DNA from: Bacteroidales bacterium
GTDB lineage: Bacteria; Bacteroidota; Bacteroidia; Bacteroidales; P3
Direction: 5' to 3'
DNA: 64,000 nt
NCBI GenBank assembly: GCA_045222295.1
Contig: JBGUXP010000011.1
Location: forward strand, 21,643 to 85,642
The position numbers and the translations under genes are program-made. The notes under the pieces were generated by a model that worked only from the letters and a program-made list of their open reading frames with translations, did not search any database and was not told the DNA's origin. Of the stretch, positions 52,491 through 62,124 are shown in pieces. The stretch's first letter is position 1. Every line of letters starts with the position of its first letter.

Positions 52491-54170
52491 ATGCGAATCC
52501 TGCTCATTACACCGCCACTCACGCAGTTGAACACCCCCTATCCTGCTACAGCCTACCTCAAGGGGTACTACGCCACACAGGGGCATACAGTACGACAGGT
52601 CGACCTCGGAATCGAGGTGGTCGACCGCGTGCTGTCGCGGGAGTTCCTTGCGGGCATCGGCCTCGTGGAACAGGCGCGGCTGATAGAACCCGTCAAGCGG
52701 TTCCTCCGTGGGCAGGACGACACACTGGGCCCTCGAATTGCCAATAGGAGTTTGCTGCCGGAAGGCAATCGTTTCGAGCAATTGGATGAGGACAATATGG
52801 AATGGTCCTTCGGCGTCAGCGGCACCACCGACAAGGCGCAGCACCTGGCCACATTATTTATAGAGGACTTCGCCGACCACATCCGCGAGCACGTCGATCC
52901 CCACTTCGACCTCGTGCGCTACGCCGAGTACCTCAGCAACGACGCCCCCACCTTCGACCCCCTCTACGCCGAGCTGCAGCAGGAGCCGTCGGCCATCGAC
53001 CGACTGATGCTCGGCCTCCTCGAAGAGTGTGTGTCGGGGTTTGCCCCCGACCGCGTTTGTCTCACGGTCCCTTTCCCCGGCTGCCTGTATGGGGCTTTGC
53101 GTTGCGGCCAATGGCTCAAGGCCCACACCACCGCCACCGTTGAGATAGGCGGTGGATTTCCCAACACCGAATGGCGCCAGCTGAGTGACCAGCGTATCTA
53201 TGAGTTCTGCGACGAGGTGGTGATTGACGGGTGCAAAGAGGCTGACCAATACTGCCCCGATTTCAGCGATTTACCATTGGACAAATACCTCTCGCTCACA
53301 GAGATGACCAACCCCATGCACCGCCTGTGGAACCAGGGTCGGTGGAACAAGATGGTGATGGCCCACGGCTGCTACTGGCACCGCTGCGCCTTCTGCGACA
53401 CCTCGCTCGACTATATCGGCAACTACCGCGCCCCCAAGGCCGCCACCGTGGTCGACCACATGGAGCGCGTCATGGCACAGACGGGCCGCACGGGCTTCCA
53501 CTTCGTCGACGAGGCGTTGCCGCCCAAGCTGCTGCGCGAGGTGGCCGAAGAGATACTGCGGCGCGGCCTCGCCGTCAGTTTCTGGGGCAACATACGCTTC
53601 GAGAAAGCCTACACCGCCGAGCTTTGCGACCTGCTGGCCGAGGCCGGCATGGTGGCTGTGAGCGGTGGCTTGGAGGTGGCCTCCGACCGCCTGCTGAAAC
53701 TCATCGACAAGGGCGTCACCATCCAGCAGACCGTCGATGCCTGCCGCCACCTGCGCGACGCCGGCATCATGGTGCACACCTACCTCATGTACGGCTTCCC
53801 CACCGAGACGCTCCAGGAGACCGTCGACGCCCTCGAGATCGTCCGCCGCATGTTCGACGAAGGCATCGTCCAAAGCGCCTTCTGGCACCGCTATGCCATG
53901 ACTTGCCACTCGCCTTCTGGCCTCAACCCCGAAGCCTACGGCGCCCGCCGCACCACCCTCGAGCCGAACCCCTTCTGCAACAACGAGGTCGACTGGGAGC
54001 CGGTGGATGGGGCCAATGGGGCTAATGGGTTTACTGGGCATTTCCCTTATGATATCGATGCCGTCGGTGCCGCCCTGCGGCTGGCCACCTATAACTACAT
54101 GAACGGGCTGGGTTTAGACCAGCCCGTCCGCAGTTGGTTCCCCATACGGGTACCGAAACCATCAAAATAA
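52491..54170 (+). CDS. B12-binding-domain radical SAM protein
   Basis: N-terminal Rossmann-like MRILLITPP; radical SAM CxxxCxxC as CYWHRCAFC; starts 3 nt after the upstream stop. Confidence 0.85.
   Translation: MRILLITPPLTQLNTPYPATAYLKGYYATQGHTVRQVDLGIEVVDRVLSREFLAGIGLVEQARLIEPVKRFLRGQDDTLGPRIANRSLLPEGNRFEQLDEDNMEWSFGVSGTTDKAQHLATLFIEDFADHIREHVDPHFDLVRYAEYLSNDAPTFDPLYAELQQEPSAIDRLMLGLLEECVSGFAPDRVCLTVPFPGCLYGALRCGQWLKAHTTATVEIGGGFPNTEWRQLSDQRIYEFCDEVVIDGCKEADQYCPDFSDLPLDKYLSLTEMTNPMHRLWNQGRWNKMVMAHGCYWHRCAFCDTSLDYIGNYRAPKAATVVDHMERVMAQTGRTGFHFVDEALPPKLLREVAEEILRRGLAVSFWGNIRFEKAYTAELCDLLAEAGMVAVSGGLEVASDRLLKLIDKGVTIQQTVDACRHLRDAGIMVHTYLMYGFPTETLQETVDALEIVRRMFDEGIVQSAFWHRYAMTCHSPSGLNPEAYGARRTTLEPNPFCNNEVDWEPVDGANGANGFTGHFPYDIDAVGAALRLATYNYMNGLGLDQPVRSWFPIRVPKPSK
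54003..54038. repeat. 9-nt tandem repeat (NNNAATGGG x4) in-frame in the radical SAM gene
   Basis: GTGGATGGG GCCAATGGG GCTAATGGG TTTACTGGG. Encodes VDGANGANGFTG. Confidence 0.75.
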
Positions 54171-54178
54171 TAAAAATG

Positions 54179-54195
54179 CCGGCAATATGCCGGCG
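54179..54195 (-). terminator. Weak terminator hairpin downstream of the MgtC-family gene
   Basis: GCCGGC-AATAT-GCCGGC followed by a T-rich run on the minus strand. Confidence 0.4.
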
Positions 54196-54205
54196 AGCCT
54201 TCTAG

Positions 54206-54682
54206 CTATCGAGCGATATCCTCGTCGTCTTTGGGTTCTCCATGGCGGAGATTCTTGATGTAGAGTTCAATACTCTTCAACCCCCAGTTGATGAGGATGA
54301 TGACAGCGACAGCCACGATGGCCTCGCGCCACATGCCATAGCCGCAGAGGCAACCCACGGCGGCTGAGCACCAGATGGTGGCAGCCGAGGAAAGGCCGTG
54401 GATGGTAAGTCCGTTCTTCATGATGACACCAGCACCAAGGAATCCAATACCAGTAACAACCTGAGATAGAACACGGAGATTGTCATTATTCACAGGGCCA
54501 CCAGCAGCAGTGGCACCCATAATAACACTTTCGCTTATAAGAATAAATATACAGGCACCCACGGCCACAAGTGAATTGGTAGTGAGCCCAGCCTGACGCT
54601 GCTTAAGTTCGCGCTGAGTTCCGATGATGATGCCGGCGATGAGGGCGCAAGCAAGGCGGAAAATAAAGACTTCGATGGGCAT
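54206..54682 (-). CDS. MgtC/SapB family membrane protein
   Basis: 158 aa; RLACALIAGIIIGTQRE..AGLTTN signature. Confidence 0.85.
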   Translation of the reverse strand: MPIEVFIFRLACALIAGIIIGTQRELKQRQAGLTTNSLVAVGACIFILISESVIMGATAAGGPVNNDNLRVLSQVVTGIGFLGAGVIMKNGLTIHGLSSAATIWCSAAVGCLCGYGMWREAIVAVAVIILINWGLKSIELYIKNLRHGEPKDDEDIAR

Positions 54683-54718
54683 GATGGGGTGAATGGGTTT
54701 AATTGGTTAACTGGCTTT
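54683..54718. repeat. 9-nt tandem repeat tract (AATGGGTTT family) between the MgtC-family gene and rsmI
   Basis: GATGGGGTG AATGGGTTT AATTGGTTA ACTGGCTTT; spans the rsmI stop codon. Confidence 0.65.
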
Positions 54719-55381
54719 CCCGGCGAGGATGACGACAATCTCACCCTTGACCTCTTTCTGCTGGAAGTGGGCGAGTACCTCGGCGAGGGTGCCGCGAGCA
54801 GTCTCTGCGTGGAGCTTGCTGATTTCGCGGCTGACGGAGACCGGGCGCTCGTTGCCGAGAACGGCGATGAGTTCTTCCAGCAGTTTGACGAGGCGATAGG
54901 GGCTCTCGTATATAACCATTGTGCGTTCCTCGTCAGCGAGAGCCTTGATGGCCGTCTGGCGACCTTTTTTGTGCGGCAGGAAGCCGAGAAACGTGAATCG
55001 GTCGCAGGGGAGTCCGCTGTCGATGAGTGCCGGCACAAAGGCCGTAGCTCCCGGCAGGCATTCCACCTCGATACCTTCTTTCACAGCTTCGCGCACCAGC
55101 AAGAATCCCGGGTCGCTGATGCCAGGAGTTCCGGCATCGGTGACCACGGCAATGGTGGTGCCGCCCTTCAGTCGCTCGACGAGCCCCGCCACCGTCTGGT
55201 GCTCGTTGAAGATATGGTAACTCTGCAACGGGGTGTCAATACCGTAGTGTTGCAGTAGCACACGGCTGGTGCGGGTGTCCTCGGCAAGGATAAGGTCGAC
55301 AGACTTGAGAACCTCGACGCCACGAAATGTCATGTCGCCGAGGTTCCCAACGGGTGTCGGTACTAGGTACAATTTAGACAT
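54707..55381 (-). CDS. rsmI: 16S rRNA (cytidine1402-2'-O)-methyltransferase RsmI
   Basis: Start MSKLYLVPTPVGNLGDMT; LAEDTR motif. The start overlaps the yebC-family stop (TAATG). Confidence 0.92.
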   Translation of the reverse strand: MSKLYLVPTPVGNLGDMTFRGVEVLKSVDLILAEDTRTSRVLLQHYGIDTPLQSYHIFNEHQTVAGLVERLKGGTTIAVVTDAGTPGISDPGFLLVREAVKEGIEVECLPGATAFVPALIDSGLPCDRFTFLGFLPHKKGRQTAIKALADEERTMVIYESPYRLVKLLEELIAVLGNERPVSVSREISKLHAETARGTLAEVLAHFQQKEVKGEIVVILAGKAS

Positions 55382-56121
55382 TATTCTTCCTCGAAGTCGT
55401 CGGGGATTTCCATGTCGTGGTAGACGTTGGTCACATCGTCGTCCTCCTCGAGGATACCGATGACCTTCATCACTTTGCGGATGGTCTCGGTGTCGACCTG
55501 ACGGAGGGTGTTGGGAATGCGCTGCAGTTCGGCGCTCTCGCACTCGATGCCCTTCTGCTCAAGCATCTTGACCATGTTGCCGAAGTCCTCGTAGGCGGTG
55601 TAGAGGGTCAGGTACTCGTCGTCGGCCTCCATCTCTTCCAGACCGCCGTCGATAAGTTCCATCTCCAGCTCGTCGACATCCATCTCAGGCTTACGGGGCA
55701 CCACAAAGACACCCTTGCGAGTGAAGAGGAAGGCGAGGCTGCCGTTGGTCTCTAACGTGCCACCGTTCTTGTTCATGATGGCTTTCACGTTGGCAACGGT
55801 GCGGTTGTTGTTGTCGGAAAGGGCCTCAATAAAGAGGGCGATACCGTGACTGACGTGGCACTCGAAGGTGAGTTCCTGCATCTGGGCAGCATCCTTGTCG
55901 TTGGCTTTGTTGATGGAACGCTGCAGGGTGTCCTTAGGCATGTTGCAGCCACGGGCATTCTGCACGAGCAGACGCAGACGGGGGTTGCTGTCGGGGTCGG
56001 GACCGCCTTCGCGCACGGCGATGGTGACCTGCTTCAGAATGTTACTCCACTGTTTCGAGCGCTTGGCATCAGCGGCGCCTTTTGCTCTCTTAATCTTTGA
56101 CCATTTGTTGTGTCCTGACAT
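55381..56121 (-). CDS. YebC/PmpR family DNA-binding transcriptional regulator
   Basis: MSGHNKWSKIKR..K N-terminus, 246 aa. Confidence 0.93.
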   Translation of the reverse strand: MSGHNKWSKIKRAKGAADAKRSKQWSNILKQVTIAVREGGPDPDSNPRLRLLVQNARGCNMPKDTLQRSINKANDKDAAQMQELTFECHVSHGIALFIEALSDNNNRTVANVKAIMNKNGGTLETNGSLAFLFTRKGVFVVPRKPEMDVDELEMELIDGGLEEMEADDEYLTLYTAYEDFGNMVKMLEQKGIECESAELQRIPNTLRQVDTETIRKVMKVIGILEEDDDVTNVYHDMEIPDDFEEE

Positions 56122-56150
56122 AATAAATTAGTATTTAGTTTATATTTTGT

Positions 56151-56834
56151 TTAATTGATTTTCCATTGAATATAGGTTATCGGCATACCCTTCTCGAGGA
56201 ACATCCGCTCATAGAAGGTCTGCGTCAGCTTGGCCTCAGCGAGTGATGAGTGATGAGTGATGAGTGATGAGTCGTTGTATAAATCGTTGGTGCTAACAAT
56301 TACCTCCACATTGCGGGTAGGCAGCACCTCGTTGAGGGTATAGTCATACAGCTCCTGGCTGTCGGTCTTGAGGTGCATCGTGCTGCCTGGGGCAAGGAAG
56401 TGGGCATAGGTGTCGAGGAAACGGGGCGATGTGAGACGCTTGTTGGGTTTCTTCAGCTGCGGGTCGCAGAAGGTAATCCATATCTCGCTCACCTCGCCTT
56501 CGGCAAAGAAACGGTCGATGAGTTCGATGCGTGTGCGGATGAACGCTACGTTCTTCATCTGCTCCTCGTTGCTGGTCTTGGCTCCGCGCCAGAGGCGAGC
56601 CCCTTTGATGTCGACCCCGATATAGTTGCGCTCGGGATGGATACGGGCCAATGCAATGGTGTAATCGCCCTTGCCGCACCCCAACTCCAACGTGATGGGA
56701 TTGTCGTTTCCGAACTGCTCACACCAACGGCCTCTCAATGCAAACCCATCCTTTTCCAGTTGGTCAAAACCCACCTGAAAGAGGTTGGGGAACGTGAGGT
56801 TCTCCGCGAATCGTTGCAGTTTGTGATGGCCCAT
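56151..56834 (-). CDS. trmB: tRNA (guanine46-N7)-methyltransferase TrmB
   Basis: LELGCGKGDY SAM motif; FCDPQ(L)KK motif. Confidence 0.9.
   Translation of the reverse strand: MGHHKLQRFAENLTFPNLFQVGFDQLEKDGFALRGRWCEQFGNDNPITLELGCGKGDYTIALARIHPERNYIGVDIKGARLWRGAKTSNEEQMKNVAFIRTRIELIDRFFAEGEVSEIWITFCDPQLKKPNKRLTSPRFLDTYAHFLAPGSTMHLKTDSQELYDYTLNEVLPTRNVEVIVSTNDLYNDSSLITHHSSLAEAKLTQTFYERMFLEKGMPITYIQWKIN
56241..56272. repeat. Heptanucleotide tandem repeat (GAGTGAT x4.5) inside trmB
   Basis: GAGTGAT x4 plus GAGT. Encodes SSLITHHSSL near the C-terminus. Confidence 0.85.
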
Positions 56835-56839
56835 AAATT

Positions 56840-58594
56840 CTACAACTGTTTAATTACGATATCACCATCGTACCAACTCTTGATATGATTATATAAAGCC
56901 TCGGCCTTAGTGCGCGTCGATGCACTGCCCATACTTACATAATACATATCGTTCTTCTCGATGATGTAAGCATCGCAACCCAACTCATGCAGGCGAGCAG
57001 ACATCCTGACCGCAGTAGCCTTGTTGAGGTAGAAGCCGGCGATGATATCAAAACCCTGCTTACTATCTTTTCCCATATAGACCGACAATTGTTCCTCCTT
57101 ATCGTTTCTCTTATTCAAGGCAGAACGCTCGGATTCCTTCACCTGCTGCACTTCAGCGGCAGTATACTGCGGAGCACTGGGCTGAAGATCCAGCTCATCT
57201 ACCAACTGCTCAAGGATACCATTCAAAAGGGTTGTATTCATGAGTTCACCCTGAACTGTGTGACGCACAACGTTGGCGTAGTAGCGTTTCAGCCAAGGCT
57301 CGGCATGGTTGTACATATAATCGTCGTAAGGGACGAAACGCTGCACAGCGAAACGTGGGCCAAGCAACTGTCCCATCCGTTCTTCAATGTATTGACGCAC
57401 ACGATCCATCATTGGAACCCTGGCGGCACTATAGTTGCATGAAGTCAAGAAATTGCTGATATATTCCGTCATATTGGCACATACAATATCGCTGTTGAGC
57501 GCCATTTCACGGTCAGTGTATTCTATCAGGTCGGGATTGTAAGTCAAAGCATTGTCGGCTGGTACATCAAGATGGTTGGCATTCTTGACCACTTCGGCGG
57601 CAGGCGCTTCTTTAACACGCTGGCCCTGGTACCAATATTTCATATAAAGAAATGCCAATGCGGCGACAACCAGCAGAAGCAGTAATATCCACAGCACTCT
57701 CTTGAAACCACGTCCTTTCTTCTTGCCTTCCTTCTTCTTGCAGGCAGCCTCTTTCTTGGCAGCCTCACGTTCCTCAAGTTTATTGCGAAGCTTGCGCTCT
57801 TTCTCGGTCTTGGCCTCCAACTTGATACGTTCTTTCTCTGCCTTAGCCTCCGCTTTGAGGCGCTCTTTCTCAGCCTTGGCTTCCGCCTTACGGTGAGCCT
57901 TTGTTTCCTTCGGAAGTTCCTCTAACTGCTTGATGCTCTCTTTCCACTCCTCTGACACAGTCTGGTTTTCCATTACAGGCTCGGGCTCAGGTTCTGCAGT
58001 GGGGGCAGGAGTCGGTTCGGGTTCAGGTTCGGACTCTGGCATAGGTTCGGGCACGGGTTCAGGCTCTGGTGCAGGTGCAGGCTCAGGCACGGGTTGGGGT
58101 TCAGGCACCGGCTCAGCATCTACCGTTTTCACTTCAGGCTCGGCCTCAAACTGAGCAAACGGATCCTCACTATTACTATGGTCGTAGGTCTTCACCTCCT
58201 CCAAGGGTGTCTCATTGCCGTTGCCAGCATCGATGACCACGCCTTCGGCCATCTCAAAACCATACTTATCTCCTCTTTGGGTGATAGCGCCCAAGTTCTC
58301 CAGACGATGTTCACCGGTAAGTTTCAGTTTATCCTTGAGGGCATCGAGGTAATTGCGCCACATCTGACGGGCGATGTCCTCACTCACACAATCGCGTTGT
58401 GCGATAATTTTGACAATACTCTCGTCGCCAGTGGTAGCCTCGCTGTAAACGATACTGCGGGTGGCCGGATAGTAGATTCTCGTCACCGGATCATGGTGGG
58501 GCGCCTGCTCCACGCTGTCAAATCTTCCGATTCCGGGCAGCTCTACCATCTGTCCGTTTTGCAACAATTCAACGATTAAATCGGTTATATTCAT
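56840..58594 (-). CDS. HU-like N-terminal domain / SPOR C-terminal domain protein with a Pro/Glu-rich linker and one TM segment
   Basis: N-terminal LPGIGRF HU-CCDC81-like pattern; PEPxP low-complexity region; [10 protein letters not shown] repeats; C-terminal SPOR-like GFDIIAGFY...YYVSMG. Confidence 0.7.
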   Translation of the reverse strand: MNITDLIVELLQNGQMVELPGIGRFDSVEQAPHHDPVTRIYYPATRSIVYSEATTGDESIVKIIAQRDCVSEDIARQMWRNYLDALKDKLKLTGEHRLENLGAITQRGDKYGFEMAEGVVIDAGNGNETPLEEVKTYDHSNSEDPFAQFEAEPEVKTVDAEPVPEPQPVPEPAPAPEPEPVPEPMPESEPEPEPTPAPTAEPEPEPVMENQTVSEEWKESIKQLEELPKETKAHRKAEAKAEKERLKAEAKAEKERIKLEAKTEKERKLRNKLEEREAAKKEAACKKKEGKKKGRGFKRVLWILLLLLVVAALAFLYMKYWYQGQRVKEAPAAEVVKNANHLDVPADNALTYNPDLIEYTDREMALNSDIVCANMTEYISNFLTSCNYSAARVPMMDRVRQYIEERMGQLLGPRFAVQRFVPYDDYMYNHAEPWLKRYYANVVRHTVQGELMNTTLLNGILEQLVDELDLQPSAPQYTAAEVQQVKESERSALNKRNDKEEQLSVYMGKDSKQGFDIIAGFYLNKATAVRMSARLHELGCDAYIIEKNDMYYVSMGSASTRTKAEALYNHIKSWYDGDIVIKQL

Positions 58595-58601
58595 AATGAT
58601 A

Positions 58602-59375
58602 CTATTTTTTTTCGTTCATCTTTTTTAGTTCTCTCTCGGCAGCCTCGAGATCTTCAGGAGTGTCAATACCGATATTAGCCGCCGCCGTCTCTCGCACAGC
58701 AATAGTATATCCCGCCTCAAGCCAGCGCAGCTGCTCCAGTTTTTCACTGGTCTCCAACTCACTCTGTGGCAACGCACACACCTCGGCAAGAGTAGTGCTA
58801 CGGAAGGCATAAATGCCTACATGTTTGAAATAACGCCCTTCTTGAAGCCACTCACTCTCCTCCACCCCACGGCGATAAGGGATAGGCTGACGACTGAAAT
58901 AGAGTGCCTTGCCATCTTCTGCACATACCACCTTCACATTATTGGGAGAGAAAAGTTCCTCACTGCTAACAATGGAGGTCTTCAACGTAGCAATATCGAC
59001 CGAAGGACTCGAGAAACATGATACCAGCAATTGTAGTTGGGAAGGTTTCACAAAAGGCTCATCACCCTGCAAGTTAATCACCACGTCGTAATGATTTTCC
59101 TCTTTTTCCAATGTCCGTACCACCTCGCCACAACGGTCGGTACCACTGCGATGCTCCGTAGAAGTCATCATCACACTGCCTTTACCGAAGGTCTCCTCCA
59201 CATGAGAGAAGATGTGCTCGTCGTCAGTAGCCACCACCGCGGCATCAATGCCAGGGGTATTGGCAGCCACGCTATAAGCATAGTCGATGATAGGCTTGCC
59301 ACCCAGCAGAGCCAATGGCTTGCCAGGGAATCGTGTCGAAGCATAACGTGCAGGAATAACGGCCAGTACTTTCAT
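58602..59375 (-). CDS. kdsB: 3-deoxy-manno-octulosonate cytidylyltransferase (CMP-KDO synthetase)
   Basis: Start [21 protein letters not shown]; NLQGDEP motif. Confidence 0.92.
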   Translation of the reverse strand: MKVLAVIPARYASTRFPGKPLALLGGKPIIDYAYSVAANTPGIDAAVVATDDEHIFSHVEETFGKGSVMMTSTEHRSGTDRCGEVVRTLEKEENHYDVVINLQGDEPFVKPSQLQLLVSCFSSPSVDIATLKTSIVSSEELFSPNNVKVVCAEDGKALYFSRQPIPYRRGVEESEWLQEGRYFKHVGIYAFRSTTLAEVCALPQSELETSEKLEQLRWLEAGYTIAVRETAAANIGIDTPEDLEAAERELKKMNEKK

Positions 59376-59382
59376 CTTCTCT

Positions 59383-60006
59383 CTATTCTTCGTTGCCGAA
59401 AAGGCTATTGAATTCTGCGTCAATCTTGTTAATTATCCATCCCAAATCCTCGCGGCTCTCTACAAAGTCGTGCTCGTCGGTGTCCACCACCAACATCTTG
59501 CCCTCGTAACCAGAGGCCCAATTCTCGTAGCGGCTATTGAGGTTGGTAAGATAATCCAAACGGATGCTGCTCTCATACTCACGACCGCGCTTCTGGATGT
59601 GACGTATGAGTGTCGGCACGTCGCCGCGCACATAAATCAGGAGGTCGGGCTTGGGAAGCAGCGAATAGGTCATCTCGAAAAGCTTGGTGTAGGTGGTCAG
59701 GTCGCGTGTGGTCATCAGGCCCATGCTCTGCAAGTTAGGAGCAAAAATATATGCGTCATCATAGAGCGAGCGATCGCGGATAAAACTCTCTCCAGAAGCC
59801 TGTAACTCAGCCAACTGTTTTGTATTGGCATACAGCGAATGCACCATCATATTGAACGACCAGCGGCGCATATCCTCATAGAAGCTGTTGAGGTAGGGAT
59901 TCTCCTCCGTCGGTCCATAGACTGCCTTATAGCCATAATGCTTCGACAAAAGCTTGGTAAGTTCTGTCTTTCCTGCTCCGATATTTCCCGAGATTGCTAT
60001 CTGCAT
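59383..60006 (-). CDS. Deoxynucleoside kinase
   Basis: P-loop ISGNIGAGKT; DRS(L)YDD motif. Confidence 0.88.
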   Translation of the reverse strand: MQIAISGNIGAGKTELTKLLSKHYGYKAVYGPTEENPYLNSFYEDMRRWSFNMMVHSLYANTKQLAELQASGESFIRDRSLYDDAYIFAPNLQSMGLMTTRDLTTYTKLFEMTYSLLPKPDLLIYVRGDVPTLIRHIQKRGREYESSIRLDYLTNLNSRYENWASGYEGKMLVVDTDEHDFVESREDLGWIINKIDAEFNSLFGNEE

Positions 60007-60087
60007 ACTATTTTTTTAGTGCCACATAATTCTCTTTTTATTGATATAGAATTATATGGCAGCATTAAACCATTTATTTTAAGAATG

Positions 60088-60095
60088 CAAATATA
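60088..60095 (-). promoter_or_regulatory. -7 box TATATTTG for the long minus-strand operon (deoxynucleoside kinase to rsmI)
   Basis: TAnnTTTG match on the minus strand, 82 nt upstream of the ATG. Confidence 0.4.
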
Positions 60096-60126
60096 CGTAT
60101 TTTTTTTATAAATGAAAAAAAAAGCG

Positions 60127-60134
60127 TACTTTTG
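60127..60134 (+). promoter_or_regulatory. -7 box TACTTTTG for nadC
   Basis: TAnnTTTG match 65 nt upstream of the ATG. Confidence 0.5.
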
Positions 60135-60198
60135 CATACGGATAAGAGGTCTTCCCCTTCTCCAAATATTGTATTAACCATCATACAAACAGATTCTT

Positions 60199-61044
60199 AT
60201 GAAGAATATCGACAATCTGGACACCCTCATCAAAATGGCCCTCAGCGAGGACATCGGAGACGGCGACCACTCCACCCTTGCCTGCATTCCTACAACGGCA
60301 ACCGGAATCGCCAAAATGGTAGCCAAACAAGATGGCATCCTCTGTGGTTCCGAAGTGGGCGAACGTGTCTTCAAACTCGTCGATAACAACCTCAAGGTCT
60401 GCCTCCTAAAGCACGACGGCGAGTCCATTACCAGAGGCGATATCGTAATGACCATCGAGGGACCTTCGGGCTCCATCCTCACCGCCGAGCGTACCGCCCT
60501 CAACTTCATGCAGCGTCTCTCCGGCATTGCCACCGAGACCCACCGCATGGTCAGTATGCTCAACGGTCTACACACCCAGCTCCTCGACACCCGCAAGACG
60601 ACTCCCAATATGCGTCTTCTCGAGAAGTATGCCGTAGCTTGTGGTGGCGGCACCAACCACCGCATCGGTCTCTACGACATGGTTATGCTCAAGGACAATC
60701 ATATCGACTTCGCTGGCGGTATCGAGGCCGCCATCGACCGCACTCGCGACTACTTGAAAGCCAACAAAAAAGACCTCAAGATAGAAATCGAAGTGCGCAA
60801 TCTCGACGAGCTCCAACGCGTGCTCGACCACGGCGGTGTGAATCGCATCATGCTCGACAACTTCGACACCGCAACCCTCCGCGAGGCGGTGAAACGTATC
60901 GATGGAAAATACGAGACCGAAGCCAGCGGCGGCATCACCGACGAGACCCTCCGCGCCTATGCCGAAACTGGTGTCGACTTCATCTCTGTCGGCGCCCTTA
61001 CCCATCATATCAAAAGCTTAGACCTTTCACTCGTCAAGAAATGA
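60199..61044 (+). CDS. nadC: Nicotinate-nucleotide diphosphorylase (quinolinate phosphoribosyltransferase)
   Basis: ALSEDIGDGDHS, TAERTALNF and LDTRKTTP motifs. Confidence 0.95.
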   Translation: MKNIDNLDTLIKMALSEDIGDGDHSTLACIPTTATGIAKMVAKQDGILCGSEVGERVFKLVDNNLKVCLLKHDGESITRGDIVMTIEGPSGSILTAERTALNFMQRLSGIATETHRMVSMLNGLHTQLLDTRKTTPNMRLLEKYAVACGGGTNHRIGLYDMVMLKDNHIDFAGGIEAAIDRTRDYLKANKKDLKIEIEVRNLDELQRVLDHGGVNRIMLDNFDTATLREAVKRIDGKYETEASGGITDETLRAYAETGVDFISVGALTHHIKSLDLSLVKK

Positions 61045-62099
61045 GTCAACTGAAAGTCTGGACACGAATGCTTCGCATGAAGGCCAAGATGTTCGGCCGC
61101 CACCTGCTATACAAGCGGAAGGTGCGTCAGGTACTCTACTTCGCCTACAACGTGCCGTTTCCAGGAGGGAAAGGTGTCCCCATCTACCATGTGCTCAGCT
61201 ACTTCCTCATAAGTTCTCTAGGGGGAGGTTCTATTCCGCAGAGAGCCAAAGGACTAGCCTACTCATTTCTGGCAGCCCTTCCTCCTTTGCTGATTTTTTT
61301 CTTCTCCCTTGTGGCCTACTTCCCTGTTGACGGCGTGCAGGACGAACTCCTCAACGGTATGGGGGGCATCGTGCCCGATAAAATTCTCGGCCCACTGACC
61401 AACACTGTCAACGACATCATGGGTCACCGCCACTCAACACTGCTCTCTATCGGATTTATTGGTTCCATTCTACTGGCAGCCAACGGAATGAACGGATTCA
61501 TTCTCTCTCTGAATTTCGCCAACAAAAGCCTTGAGAAACGTCCCTTCTTGCAACGCTTCCTCATCTGTATGGCTCTGGTATTCTTCATGTATCTGCTCAT
61601 TGTACTGGTCATATGCCTGATTATCGGTCATAAGCAACTGCTACACCTCATCTTTAGCCAAGGTTGGCTGTCAGACACCAAAGCCAATACCCTGTTGTTC
61701 AACATCGGTCGCTGGGTTCTGCTATCTTTGGCCACACTCTTAGGCGTTGCACTTATCTACTATTGGGCACCGGTAAAAAAACAACGTGTGGGATTCTTCT
61801 CGCCCGGAGCACTGTTGTCCACCGGCATGTTCTTTGTGTTGACCTGGGGATTTGGTGTGTATATCAACAACTTCAGCCGCTACAACCTCCTCTACGGCTC
61901 CATCGGAACCCTACTGCTACTGATGCTCTGGATTTATTTCAGCTGCATCGTGCTGCTGGTAGGCTACGAGCTGAATATCAGCATCTACAATGGCACACTA
62001 CGTGGCAAGAACCGCGTAGCCAAACGCGAATTGAAAGACAGAATACAAATTTTCAAAGATGATAATACAAAAGAATCACGGGAAAGTGGTGCCCAATGA
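61041..62099 (+). CDS. YihY/BrkB family membrane protein
   Basis: ATGA-coupled start at MSQLKVW; multi-TM; LLLMLWIYFSCIVLLVGYELN signature. Confidence 0.85.
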   Translation: MSQLKVWTRMLRMKAKMFGRHLLYKRKVRQVLYFAYNVPFPGGKGVPIYHVLSYFLISSLGGGSIPQRAKGLAYSFLAALPPLLIFFFSLVAYFPVDGVQDELLNGMGGIVPDKILGPLTNTVNDIMGHRHSTLLSIGFIGSILLAANGMNGFILSLNFANKSLEKRPFLQRFLICMALVFFMYLLIVLVICLIIGHKQLLHLIFSQGWLSDTKANTLLFNIGRWVLLSLATLLGVALIYYWAPVKKQRVGFFSPGALLSTGMFFVLTWGFGVYINNFSRYNLLYGSIGTLLLLMLWIYFSCIVLLVGYELNISIYNGTLRGKNRVAKRELKDRIQIFKDDNTKESRESGAQ

Positions 62100-62124
62100 G
62101 AGCACCCCAAAGGAGAAATTCAAG

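Noticed and set aside
54535-55543. Upstream in-frame extension of rsmI (to 55543) and the overlapping 167-aa and 189-aa ORFs
   Set aside because: The extension overlaps the yebC-family gene and is Arg/Pro-rich nonsense. The conserved RsmI N-terminus begins at MSKLYLVPTPVGNLGD (55381).
57930-58154. Gly/Ser-rich ORFs and apparent repeats antisense to the SPOR-domain gene
   Set aside because: They mirror the Pro/Glu-rich linker and [10 protein letters not shown] repeats of the sense-strand protein. This is low-complexity coding sequence rather than a separate feature.
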